A stretch of DNA of 64,000 nucleotides, from NCBI GenBank assembly GCA_963813715.1, contig CAWFAK010000007.1:608001-672000 (forward strand). Direction: 5' to 3'. Shown here piece by piece: positions 23,419-33,480 of the stretch (its first letter is position 1; each line of letters starts with the position of its first letter). The DNA comes from an uncultured Planctomycetaceae bacterium. Its GTDB lineage: Bacteria; Planctomycetota; Planctomycetia; Planctomycetales; Planctomycetaceae. The notes beneath the pieces were generated by a model. That model was not told the DNA's origin and searched no databases. It saw nothing but the letters and a program-made list of their open reading frames with translations. The translations under genes and the position numbers were made by a program.

Positions 23419-23817
23419 GAGTCCCCTCTGCTCCGCCCTTACCCCGCACTCCGCGCGCGTGTGATTCGCGCCCGTAGTTTCGTGCGCCGTTTGTTCGCGC
23501 GCGGTCCTGCACCGAAACGGCCAGCACGATGCAGCGCGCGACCGCATCTTGTGCGCCCTCGGCAAGCGCCTCAAATCGATAAACGACAACCCAGCCCGTT
23601 TTCCCGTTATGACCGCTGAATCGGGTTGCCGATAGAAAGGACGAACTGTCGCGGGATGCCGAGACAGTGCGGCCAATTGAGCCGCTTCCGGGGGCGATAC
23701 CTCTCGCAGACGGGCCTGTCACTGCGAGAGCCAAGGTCGAGCCGGACGGGCGCTTCCGGGGGCGATTGGAATCCGGAGCCGCGGCCACTGCTTCGATTGT
23801 TCCGGAGGGGGGATATC

Positions 23818-24558
23818 ATGCTCGTCGTGACGCGCCTGGGGGCGCTCGTAGCGATTTGCTGCGTCTTGGCCGCCAGTTCTCGGTCGGCCTTCGCTCAAGC
23901 TCAAGACTGTAATGCCTGCGAACCGCGTTGGCACAGCGAAGCCTGGTGGCAGCAACGGGCCGGTGAGCCCGTCGGCGCCCGCCAGCACGAGTGCAAAGGG
24001 CTCGAATGGCCGCCCTACCCGCGGCCGACAGGTCCCGAAATGACCTGCCCCCACATCTACCACACCGAGCACTATTGGCCGTGGCCCTACCTGTGCACCG
24101 ATCGCCAATGCGTGATGGACATGACCCGCACGCAGGAAGCGAACGGCTGGCTCAGTGAGACCACGCTGTACGAGTACTACTTCAATCCGGATACCAACGA
24201 GCTGACGCAGCCCGGAAAGATGCACCTGCGTTGGATCCTGGACTACGCGCCGGCCAACTATCGCAGCGTCTGGATTCAGCAGGTTGACGATCCGGCAGCC
24301 AGCCAAGCGCGGATGCAGAACGTCCGCGTGGCCGCCTCCCAGATCGCGGGCACCAATCTGCCGCCGATTCAGTACCGCGTGGCCATGCCGCCGTCGCGTC
24401 CCGCCGTCGAAGCCGAAGCGATTCGCCGCAAGGAACTGCAGACGATTCCGACGCCGCGGATCCCGCTCCCGACCAGTGCCGCGGGCTCCAGCTCCACGTC
24501 TCCGGGCACCGGCAGCGGCGGTGGCGGCTCGGGCGGTGGAGGCGGTGCGGGTTACTAA
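23818..24558 (+). CDS. Secreted hypothetical protein (Trp/Cys/Pro-rich N-part, Gly/Ser tail)
   Basis: Signal peptide ending AFA-QA; GGAGG upstream; YWPWPY...NGWLSETTLYEYYF. Confidence 0.75.
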   Translation: MLVVTRLGALVAICCVLAASSRSAFAQAQDCNACEPRWHSEAWWQQRAGEPVGARQHECKGLEWPPYPRPTGPEMTCPHIYHTEHYWPWPYLCTDRQCVMDMTRTQEANGWLSETTLYEYYFNPDTNELTQPGKMHLRWILDYAPANYRSVWIQQVDDPAASQARMQNVRVAASQIAGTNLPPIQYRVAMPPSRPAVEAEAIRRKELQTIPTPRIPLPTSAAGSSSTSPGTGSGGGGSGGGGGAGY

Positions 24559-24575
24559 TCTCTCGAACGATGCCG

Positions 24576-24642
24576 AAAGTCCAAGGTCGAAGACCCAAAG
24601 TCACGATGCCAACGTGCTCTTTGGTCTGCGACCTTGGACTTT
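24576..24642. repeat. Intergenic 14-bp perfect inverted repeat (REP-like or attenuator)
   Basis: AAAGTCCAAGGTCG / CGACCTTGGACTTT. Confidence 0.65.
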
Positions 24643-24666
24643 GAGCCTTGAGCTGGGACGGTTTTC

Positions 24667-26262
24667 ATGATCGATCGCCGAAGCAACGAACCCCCTAACC
24701 CGAATTCTCCGCTGGGGCATCCCTCCCTGGGTCACTCCGCCTTGGGCAAAGCGTCACCGGTGAATTCCTCGCTGGCGAATTCCTCCTCTCTGTCGGTGCC
24801 GCTCCCGGGAGTCAGCGACGGCGATTCGGCCGGCGGCTCCAACGTCGCCGATCTGTACGACAAGCTGTTCAGCGAGTCGTCCGGCTGGGAATCGGAATCT
24901 CGGGGCAGCACGCTGGGCGGGCCCGTCCCGCACGACGCGGCCGCCGCCACCGCTCCGCCCGCGCCGCTGACGTTGCGGCAAACGGGCCTCACACTCGGCA
25001 CGATTTGCGACCTGATCCTCAAGCAGCTCTACCTGCAGGGCAACCTGCTCGGGATCCAGTTTGCCCGGCAGATGCGGCTGCCCTTCACCGTCGTGGAAGA
25101 GGGGCTGCGGTTCCTCAAGGACGACAAGTGCATTGAGGTCACATCGGGCGACCTGGTCGGCCCCGTTTCGTACCGCTTCAATCTCACTGATCTGGGCCGC
25201 AAACGGGCTCGCGAAGCATTCGAAATGTGCCGCTATGTCGGACCGGCTCCGGTCCCCCTCGATGCCTACGCACCGCAGTGCCGGCGGCAGACCGTCACGG
25301 GCACCGAGTGCAGTGCCGAGGCGCTCAAGCGGGCCTTCGGCAATCTCGTGATTCGCGAGGAGGTGCTGCAGGACCTGGGACCGGCCGTCTGCAGCGGCAA
25401 ATCGATCTTTGTGTACGGCCCGCCGGGCAACGGCAAAACGATGATCGCCAAGGCCCTCGGCAACTTTCTCAACCTGTACGGCGGCGACATTTACGTGCCG
25501 TACGCGATCTACGCCGAGAACAGCATCATCACCGTCTTCGACCCGACGATTCACCGCGCGACCGACGATGCCGACGTGCTCGATCAAATTGCCAGCGAAA
25601 ACGAAACGGGCTCGATCACCGATCCGTTCTTTTCGCGACAGTCGCCGCCGTTCGACCTGCGCTGGCGCCGCGTGCGTCGGCCCGTGGTGATCACGGCCGG
25701 CGAGTTGACGCTCGAGATGCTCGACCTGCGCTACAACTCGGCCAGCAACTTCTACACGGCCCCGCTGCACATCAAGGCGAACTGCGGCGTGTTTCTGATC
25801 GACGACTTCGGCCGCCAAATCGTCAGCCCGCGGGACCTGCTCAATCGCTGGATCATGCCGCTGGAAGAACGGGTCGACTTCCTTACGCTGGCCACTGGGC
25901 GGAAGTTCTCCGTCCCGTTTGAACAACTGATCATCTTCTCGACGAACCTCGATCCGCGCGAGCTGGTGGACGAGGCGTTCCTGCGGCGAATCCAGCACAA
26001 GATTATGGTCGGCCCGCCGGATCGGGAGCTTTTTACCGATATTTTCCGCCTGTGCTGCCAGCAGCGAAGCATCGAATTCAACCCAGCTTGCCTGGATTTC
26101 CTCTACGACGAGTTTTACGACCAGGGCAAGACGCCGCGATCCAGCGATCCCAGAGATTTATTGGAGATCGTGCGGTCGATCTGCCGATACAGACGGCAGG
26201 ACGTTGTCATTTCGAAAGAGTTGATGGCGGAAGCCGCCCGTCGCTTTTTCGTCCAGATGTAA
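24667..26262 (+). CDS. AAA+ family ATPase
   Basis: Walker A GPPGNGKT, Walker B FLIDDFGRQ, FSTNL, DEAFLRRI arginine finger. Confidence 0.9.
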   Translation: MIDRRSNEPPNPNSPLGHPSLGHSALGKASPVNSSLANSSSLSVPLPGVSDGDSAGGSNVADLYDKLFSESSGWESESRGSTLGGPVPHDAAAATAPPAPLTLRQTGLTLGTICDLILKQLYLQGNLLGIQFARQMRLPFTVVEEGLRFLKDDKCIEVTSGDLVGPVSYRFNLTDLGRKRAREAFEMCRYVGPAPVPLDAYAPQCRRQTVTGTECSAEALKRAFGNLVIREEVLQDLGPAVCSGKSIFVYGPPGNGKTMIAKALGNFLNLYGGDIYVPYAIYAENSIITVFDPTIHRATDDADVLDQIASENETGSITDPFFSRQSPPFDLRWRRVRRPVVITAGELTLEMLDLRYNSASNFYTAPLHIKANCGVFLIDDFGRQIVSPRDLLNRWIMPLEERVDFLTLATGRKFSVPFEQLIIFSTNLDPRELVDEAFLRRIQHKIMVGPPDRELFTDIFRLCCQQRSIEFNPACLDFLYDEFYDQGKTPRSSDPRDLLEIVRSICRYRRQDVVISKELMAEAARRFFVQM

Positions 26263-26530
26263 CGCCCCTCTCCTCTCCCGTCTGACTCAAACTTCTCAAC
26301 CAAATCGAACTCTAAGCAATAAATCCGTGTGCCACGGCGAGGACTCGCACTTAGTCGCGAGACGCCGTGCGGATTCACTCGCCGCGGCACACACACCGGC
26401 CAATTACGGAATTCCGTCGCGCGGCAGGATGCCGCCATCACGGATCCGTTTCGACGGCGTTCACCGCCGCCCGACTCGAGAGACAAGTCGACTTGCGACA
26501 CCGGCAAGTTGCCAACAGGGAGGTTGGACA

Positions 26531-27568
26531 ATGGCTACTCTGTTACGAGCGACCGCGGCTTCGGGCCCGGCTCGCCTGACGCGGGGTTGCCTGGGCCTGT
26601 GTCTCATGACTCTGGCCGCCGCCGGCTGCGCCAGCAGCAGCGCGAGCGTGTCGAGCCCGCTCGCCAGCGCGACTCCTTCGTTCATGCTCTCCGATCAGGA
26701 GAAAGCCGAACGCAATCTGAAGGACCCGGCCTCGCTGCACATGGCCTACGGCCGGTTCGAGGAGCAGATCGGCCAGCCGGGCGAAGCTCACAAGTATTAC
26801 GAGAAGGCGCTCGCGGAAAATCCGCATGCGGTCGAAGCGGTGATCGGCATCGCGCGCCTGGACCAGTTGGCCGACAAGTCGAAAGAAGCCGAAGCCGGCT
26901 TCCAACGCGCCCTGGCGATGAAGCCGGGTGACGCGGCGGTGATGGCGGCCTGCGGACAATTCTATGCGTCGCAAAAACGCTGGCCCGAAGCGGTCAAACA
27001 TCTGAACGCGGCCATCGCGGCCGCCCCGAAAGTCGCCATCTACAAGCATCAACTGGCGGTCGCCGCGACGCGCGCGGGTGACATCAACGGTGGACTGGCG
27101 GTCTTCAATCAGCTGGTTGGACCCGAGAAAGCTCACTACAACGTCGCCTACTTGCTGGCCCAGGACGGCCGCAAGGACGTGGCGGCGCAAGAATGCCGGG
27201 CCGCCTTGGCCATCAATCCGAAGTTCGAGCCGGCCAAGACCATGCTCGACCAGCTGCAGTCCCAAGTCGCCGGCGATCCGCACGGGATGAACCATCCGCC
27301 GTCGACCGCTGTCGCCCGCCCCGCGACCGTGGGTCCGTCGAACAACGGCATGGCTCCGGTTGCACTGGGCAACCCGAATCAACCGTCATCCGGTGCGACA
27401 CAGGCCTCGTGGCAAGCCGGCACGACGGGCTCCAACGGCTTTGGCACGGCCAGTCGCGCGAACGGATCCTTCGATCCGGCCTTGCCCAAAGCGGGCATCG
27501 TCGGCGCCACGCCCGCCGGCGATTACTCGGCCGATCCGTGGGCGACCATCCCCGCGCCGCCGAAGTAA
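26531..27568 (+). CDS. TPR-repeat lipoprotein
   Basis: Lipobox-like LAAAGC; repeated A..YY.KAL...P TPR units; low-complexity C-tail. Confidence 0.85.
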   Translation: MATLLRATAASGPARLTRGCLGLCLMTLAAAGCASSSASVSSPLASATPSFMLSDQEKAERNLKDPASLHMAYGRFEEQIGQPGEAHKYYEKALAENPHAVEAVIGIARLDQLADKSKEAEAGFQRALAMKPGDAAVMAACGQFYASQKRWPEAVKHLNAAIAAAPKVAIYKHQLAVAATRAGDINGGLAVFNQLVGPEKAHYNVAYLLAQDGRKDVAAQECRAALAINPKFEPAKTMLDQLQSQVAGDPHGMNHPPSTAVARPATVGPSNNGMAPVALGNPNQPSSGATQASWQAGTTGSNGFGTASRANGSFDPALPKAGIVGATPAGDYSADPWATIPAPPK

Positions 27569-27637
27569 CGCGTTCCGCCGCTCTCTTGTAGGGTAAGGCG
27601 ACGTCGTTTCTCGCCTCTGGCCCCTTCTCAGTTCAAG

Positions 27638-28226
27638 TCAGCTCGCGGGCGGCAGATTCAGCAGGCGGCGGATCTCTTCGGTTGGCGGCTTGGTGAATGC
27701 GAAGGCCGCGACCTCGAAGTTGCCGGCGCCGTTGTAGACGACGGGAAATCCGCAGCGCACCAGCAGAGCCGTCAGCGATTTCTTCGTGAAGCCGGTTTTG
27801 TGCGCCCAGAAATCGTTGCCACTCCGCTCGATTTCCGTCCCAGGCCATAGAGCACATCGCGCACGGTGATCGGCCCTGCTGGCGATTGATAGAGCAGGTC
27901 ATCGACATCCAGCCCGCGGCGGACGACGGTCTGCATCAAATCGGCAAGGTCGGGAACGCGAATCTCGGCAAAGCCGTCCGCGTTGAGCACGTGGCGAAAC
28001 CCGGCGAGCACCCGCGAAACATCGTGACGGTAATAGTGCTCAAGATTGTGGCTGCAGTAGACGGCATCGAATTGAGCAGCGGGCAATGTCGTCAACTCAC
28101 GGGCATCGCAAACAACGTCGGGTGCGCCCGGGGATCGATGTCGAGCAGAATGTGCTCCCATCCCTGATACACGGGCGGCAGCGGAATGGTCTTATTCGCA
28201 CCCCCGACGTTGAGCACTCGTTTCAT
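27638..28226 (-). CDS. Class I SAM-dependent methyltransferase (frameshifts near 28130 and 27835)
   Basis: MKRVLNVGG...LLDIDP, FDAVYCSHNLEH, IRVPDL, HKTGF across frames. Confidence 0.75.
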
Positions 28227-28313
28227 GGCTCCCTACTCGCATGCCTACCGTGGTTCCTGGTGCTCGCTCGCTCTCCTGTTCCCATCCAAATCGGACAGCG
28301 CGTCCGCCAGCAC

Positions 28314-29819
28314 TCAGCGGAAAGCCTGGCCCCAGGCCGTTTCTTCGCGGAGGCGTTTTTTCAGGATCTTGCCGCCCGGGTTTCGCGGCAGGGGCTCGCT
28401 ACGGACGGAGACGTACTCCGGGACTTTGAAATCGGCGATCCGCGTTTTGACGAATGCCAGAAGATCGGCGACGTCGAGTTGCATTTTCGGCTTAGGCACG
28501 ATCACCGCTCCGACTTTTTCGCCCATCATTTCGTCCGGCACGGCCAGTACGGCGACTTCGAACACAGCCGGGTAGGCCGCCAGCGCGTTTTCGACTTCCA
28601 CGCAATAGACGTTCTCGCCGCCGCGGTTCACCATGTCTTTCGCGCGATCGACGATCTGCACGAACCCCTCGGCGTCCAGCCGCGCCAGGTCGCCGGAACG
28701 CAGCCAGCCGCCGGCGAAGGTTTCGGCCGATGCTTCTGGCTTGTTCCAGTAACCTTTGACGACGTTCGGCCCGCGGATCAACAGCTCGCCGACCCCCGGC
28801 TCGTACGCTGCCTCATCCAGTTTCAGATCGACGACGGGGGCCGCAAAGCCGACCGTTTCCGGCCGCTTGGCCGAATACTCGTGCGGGAGAAACGTGGCGA
28901 CCGAGCAGGTCTCGGTGAGGCCGAAGCCGTTGCCGATCCGCGCGTGCGGGAATGCCTCCATGATCCGCAGCACCAGATCGGGCGGCGTCGGGGCTCCGCC
29001 GTACGAGACCCAGCGCACTCCCGTCACGTCGGTCTGCGAGAAGTTCGGCTGATTGAGTGCCAGCCAATAAATGGCGGGCACAGAAACGAGCGAAGTGATC
29101 CGCTCTTCGACGGTCAGCCGCAAAAAGGCCTGCACATCGAAGGTCGGCATGATCACCGTGCATCCGCGGAGCGCGCAACTTGGCAAGAGCTGGCTGTTGC
29201 AGCCGGTCACGTGGAACAGCGGCACCGAGACGAGTGTCCGCAGGCTGCCGTCCATGGGGAGCGGCATGACGCGGCGGCACGTTTCGATGTTCGAGGTGAA
29301 GTTCTCATGCGTCGTCATCGCTCCCTTGGGGAAGCCGGTGGTGCCGCTGGTGTAAAAGATCGCCGCCACGTCGGCCGGTCCCGCAGCGTCGATCGCCAGC
29401 GGCGGTCCGTCGGGCGATGGCTGCCCGGGCTGGAACACGAATTTGCTGCCCGAATCGTCGATCACATACTGCGTCTCGGACTCGCTGAACCGCGTGTTGA
29501 CGGGGACGGCAATCGCTCCGGCCAGTTGAATGCCGAAGAACGCCAGGCACCAGTCGAGCCCGTTCCCCAGCCGAATCGCCACGCGATCGCCTCGCTCGAT
29601 CCCGGCCTGTTTGAGGCCGCCGGCAATCCGGGCGGAGCGGTCCCACAGCTGCCGATACGTCACCCGCGGGCCGCCCGCTTCGACGATGGCCTCGGCAGTC
29701 GGCGAGGCATCGACGGACGAACGCAGCATCGTCACAAGGGACGAATGCACGACCTGGTAGCGCTGGATGCCGTCGCTGCCGCGCACAATTTTGGATTGAT
29801 CGAACGGTTGAATCGCCAT
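28314..29819 (-). CDS. AMP-dependent acyl-CoA synthetase
   Basis: YTSGTTGFPKG, GFGLTE, SGDL, RGGENVY, PRNPGGK. Confidence 0.92.
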   Translation of the reverse strand: MAIQPFDQSKIVRGSDGIQRYQVVHSSLVTMLRSSVDASPTAEAIVEAGGPRVTYRQLWDRSARIAGGLKQAGIERGDRVAIRLGNGLDWCLAFFGIQLAGAIAVPVNTRFSESETQYVIDDSGSKFVFQPGQPSPDGPPLAIDAAGPADVAAIFYTSGTTGFPKGAMTTHENFTSNIETCRRVMPLPMDGSLRTLVSVPLFHVTGCNSQLLPSCALRGCTVIMPTFDVQAFLRLTVEERITSLVSVPAIYWLALNQPNFSQTDVTGVRWVSYGGAPTPPDLVLRIMEAFPHARIGNGFGLTETCSVATFLPHEYSAKRPETVGFAAPVVDLKLDEAAYEPGVGELLIRGPNVVKGYWNKPEASAETFAGGWLRSGDLARLDAEGFVQIVDRAKDMVNRGGENVYCVEVENALAAYPAVFEVAVLAVPDEMMGEKVGAVIVPKPKMQLDVADLLAFVKTRIADFKVPEYVSVRSEPLPRNPGGKILKKRLREETAWGQAFR

Positions 29820-29934
29820 TTTTCTCGCCCTCGCCTGGAGTCTCATCTTGTGCCTCGCGGCCGATTGGTTGCAAGCTACAATGTGCCCGACGAGGGTGGG
29901 CGCTCCGGCGATCGCTTGCGGTCGGAGAAGGGAG

Positions 29935-29994
29935 CCCTCGCTCACGCTTCGGGTTAGTAAAGACGACACACCAACCCGAAGCCGTCAGCGAGGG
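29935..29994. repeat. REP doublet (inverted pair)
   Basis: CCCTCGCTCACGCTTCGGGTT / AACCCGAAGCCGTCAGCGAGGG. Confidence 0.7.
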
Positions 29995-30047
29995 ACGCTG
30001 CCCGACTCGCTTCGAATCACCGGACAGTCACCCGCACGAGGTTCGCC

Positions 30048-30305
30048 ATGGCCCAGAAACGCCGCGAGTTGGTTTCGACGTTCGTCGCTGGCGACGCCAC
30101 CGGACGCAAGGTGATCGTGCAGTACTATCGCGAGCTGGCCCTGAAGGCGGCCACCGGCGAGCCAGATCAGTGGGAACCGACCGGCACAACGACGCTCGTC
30201 ACCGAGGATGGCCGCGACGTGAAGCGGAAATCCAAAGGCGTGTACGAAATCATGTCCGTGCGTGGCACGAGCGTGCTCACCAGCAACGACCCCGACGCTC
30301 CGTAA
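30048..30305 (+). CDS. Small hypothetical protein (85 aa)
   Basis: GAGGT RBS-like motif and ATG; ends 12 nt before the SDR gene. Confidence 0.65.
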   Translation: MAQKRRELVSTFVAGDATGRKVIVQYYRELALKAATGEPDQWEPTGTTTLVTEDGRDVKRKSKGVYEIMSVRGTSVLTSNDPDAP

Positions 30306-30317
30306 GAGGCCAACTCG

Positions 30318-31173
30318 ATGTCAGCTCCGATGGCGAATCCTCAGAGCGCTCAGAAAGTTGTGCTGATCACCGGCGCGTCTTCGGGAATCGGCCAGGCATG
30401 CGCGGAGCATTTGGCCCGAACCGGTTGGCGCGTGTTCGGCACCAGTCGCAATGCGTCGCCGAGCGCCTCGGCCAAGCCGGGCGGCAACGGGTCGCTCGAG
30501 TTGATCCAGATGGACGTCGAGGACGAAGCGTCGGTCCGCCAGGGCGTCGACAACGTACTGGCTCGCGCCGGCCGACTTGATGCCGTGGTGAACAACGCGG
30601 GCATTTCGATCATGGGCTCGGTCGAAGACACGTCGATCGAAGAGGCGAAGGCCCAGCTGGAGACCAATTTTTTCGGCGTGTTGCGGGTTTGTCGTGCGAC
30701 GCTTCCTGTCCTTCGCAAGCAGCGGGGCGGGCACATCGTCAACATCAGCTCGCTGGCCGGCATCATCGGGCTCCCTTTCAGCGGCCTGTACAGTGCGAGC
30801 AAATTTGCCCTCGAAGGGGTGAGCGAAAGCCTCCGCATGGAGTGCCGGCAGTTTGGCGTTCGTGTCGTACTGGTCGAGCCGGGCGACTTTCGCACGAACA
30901 TCACCGTCCGCCGTCGCACGGTGCAAGCAGCCGAGACGAACGACGCCTATCGCGCCGCGTTCGCGCACTGCAAAAGGAAACAGGACCAGGACGAAGCCAA
31001 CGCCCGCACTCCGGAGGCGGTGGCACGGCTCGTCGCCCGCATTCTCAGCGATCCCAACCCGCGGACGCGCTATGCCGTCGGCATGTTCACGCAGACGATG
31101 GTGGTGCCACTGAAACGAATTCTTCCCGCAACGCGTGTTCGATTGGATGGCCCGGCAGGCGTTCGGCATGTGA
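30318..31173 (+). CDS. SDR family oxidoreductase (C-terminal frameshift near 31128)
   Basis: TGASSGIG, NNAG, YSASK, VEPG; likely true end ...DWMARQAFGM*. Confidence 0.9.
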
Positions 31174-31384
31174 TCGTCGGCTCGCGTCGCATTTCGAAAT
31201 GCGCGCTGCAACGGGTGCCTCCCAGCTCCAGCAATCTCCCTTTTTTCAAGCAATTCGACAAAAAAGCCGGATTTCTGTCCCCGCACGGCCTGTTCGTTCG
31301 CCATGACTAAAACGTCACGCTCCGCGCGACGCTTGGCTCACGGAGCAAATGATCGCAGTACGCTCAAAGAGGACGAATCAGTCA

Positions 31385-31939
31385 ATGAAAAGAACAATCA
31401 TCGGCGTCGCCATTGCCTGCGTGGTTTTGTATGTCTACGGATTCTTGTACTGGGGGATGGGGCCGTACAAGACGATGATCTGGAAACACACGCGCGACGA
31501 CGCAGCCGCGGGTGCGGCGCTTCGCGAGTATTTCCCGGAAAACGGAACCTACCTCGTCCCGGGCTTCGCCAACGACGATGCCACCATGGAAACGCTCAGC
31601 AAGAAAGGGCCGGTCGCGCTCGTCAACATGATCGCCGTGGAAGGATCGGCCACATTCGATCCGATGATGTTGATCAAAGGTTTCTTCCTGAACCTTGTCG
31701 TGATCATCCTCATCGCGCTCTTGCTGAGACGGGTCGTGGCATGCCTGCCGTCGTACATGAACCGGGTGATGTTTGTCGCCTTGGCCGGGCTGACCGCCAC
31801 CGTCCTCATCGACGGTGGGGACATTGCCTGGTGGCACATTTCCTGGACCTGGAAGCTCTACCAGGCGTTTTACTCGTTCTCGTTTTGGGTCATCACCGGT
31901 CTGATCCTGGCCCGGTTCGTCACGCCGAAACCAGCTTGA
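31385..31939 (+). CDS. Hypothetical 4-TM membrane protein
   Basis: Four hydrophobic segments; GAGGA upstream. Confidence 0.7.
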   Translation: MKRTIIGVAIACVVLYVYGFLYWGMGPYKTMIWKHTRDDAAAGAALREYFPENGTYLVPGFANDDATMETLSKKGPVALVNMIAVEGSATFDPMMLIKGFFLNLVVIILIALLLRRVVACLPSYMNRVMFVALAGLTATVLIDGGDIAWWHISWTWKLYQAFYSFSFWVITGLILARFVTPKPA

Positions 31940-31984
31940 CGGGGCGTCTTGCGATTGGACCGCAAGACCTGAGAAAATGCGGGC

Positions 31985-33045
31985 ATGATCGATCGCTTCG
32001 AGATCATCGGGCACAGTTCGCCCCGCCCCGACGCCGAGCACATCATCTTCTGCGACGGCGCGGGTGGCGACATCTTTCGACCCGCGGGCGATCTCGAGTT
32101 GAGTCACTGGCGGCCCAATCGCACGCCGCGTGAATATCGGGCGGGCAGTTCGACCGAGATTTGCTATCGCTTTCTGGACACGCCGCGACCCGGTTCGTGG
32201 ACGGTTGCGGTCAATAACCACGTCGACGTCGACGGCATCCTGTCGGTCTACGTTCTGGTTCACAGCGAACATGCGCTCTTGAACCGTCGCACGATTGCCG
32301 AGGCGGCCGACATGGGCGATTTCTGGGGCTGGGGCGATGCTCCGGCGCAGCGGCTGTTTCAAGGCATCACGCTGTTGATGGAGCGCGGCGGCGTGCCCCG
32401 GGCAATCTACGAAGAAGCCTTCCGCCGCGTCCCCGCCCTGATCGACGGCACCGATCCGGAGGTTCCGCAGATCGAAGAGTCATTGGCCCCATTGCGGCAA
32501 GGCGTCGAGTGGATCGAGCGGGGAGAAATCCTCCGCCGGCAGCGAACCGACCGTTTTGCGCAGTACATCGTGCCGCTGGCCATCGCCGGCGATAGCGATT
32601 CGCGGGCCGGCTACGCCCCGAGCTTCAACGAGTCGATCTCTAGCAAGGCGATGCTGTGGCCGCACGCGCGGCGCGCTTCGATGCCCAACGCGTCTGCCTG
32701 GTCAGTGCCGAGCGTCCATCCGGCTGGTTTCACGACCTCTGCTTTCCCGGCTACCTCTGGGCGGATACGGCCGACAAGTGGCACGTCCCGGGACTGACCT
32801 ATCACGACGGGATGGCCAGCTACGACATCGCCGACGCGCGGCTGATCGACAGTTTTGCCCGGCTCCAAGAACGAGAGACGGCCCGCGGCCGCTGGACGCT
32901 GGGGGGCAAAGGCCTGGCTTTCGGCGAGGAAATGCAGACCCACTTTCCCGTCGTGGGGCGTTTCGTCGATGATGCAGGGACGCCGGCCGCCAGCCGCCTG
33001 TCACCCGACGAGGTTGCCGCCCTGTGGGACCCGATCTTCGTCTGA
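31985..33045 (+). CDS. Hypothetical protein resembling DUF6687 / DHH-like family (frameshift near 32670)
   Basis: FCDG...LELSHWRPNRTP...STEIC...NNHVDVDGILSV; family assignment from memory. Confidence 0.6.
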
Positions 33046-33101
33046 CTGGCGTGCGTCGGCGGCCCGAGATTTCGTGACTCCAACCGATCGAGACGCGAAC
33101 C

Positions 33102-33425
33102 ATGTTGGCGAAACTGTCCGAAGTGCGGGCCGTCCGCATCATCTGCGACTCAGTTCTCAAGGACGATTTGCTGCAACATCTGCACGACTTGGGGGCCACG
33201 GGCTGGACCTGGTGGCGGGCCCACGGGAAGGGCGAGCATACGACCGACGACGGCCTCTTCAACGAATCGCCTCAAATGTACTTGGAGGTCTGGTGTCAGA
33301 CCGCCGTTGCTGAAAAGATCATGAAGTATTGCAATTCGAGCCATTTCACTCACATCGGCATGGCGGCGGGCGTCACGCCCCTGTACGTTTCCGCCGCACA
33401 AGCCAAGGCACTTGGCCCAGCTTGA
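33102..33425 (+). CDS. P-II superfamily (GlnB-like) small protein
   Basis: 107 aa; VRIICD...LGATGWTWWRAHGKG...LEVWC...AEKIMKY fits the GlnB-like layout. Confidence 0.65.
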   Translation: MLAKLSEVRAVRIICDSVLKDDLLQHLHDLGATGWTWWRAHGKGEHTTDDGLFNESPQMYLEVWCQTAVAEKIMKYCNSSHFTHIGMAAGVTPLYVSAAQAKALGPA

Positions 33426-33480
33426 TCCGTTGCCGTTCCGAAAGAATCGCTGAAACAACTCGCTGACAAAGAGGTTGGGC

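Noticed and set aside
28086..29957. Long antisense ORFs (623 aa here; also 33373-35067 and 49779-51425)
   Set aside because: Shadow frames of well-supported genes, expected in high-GC DNA
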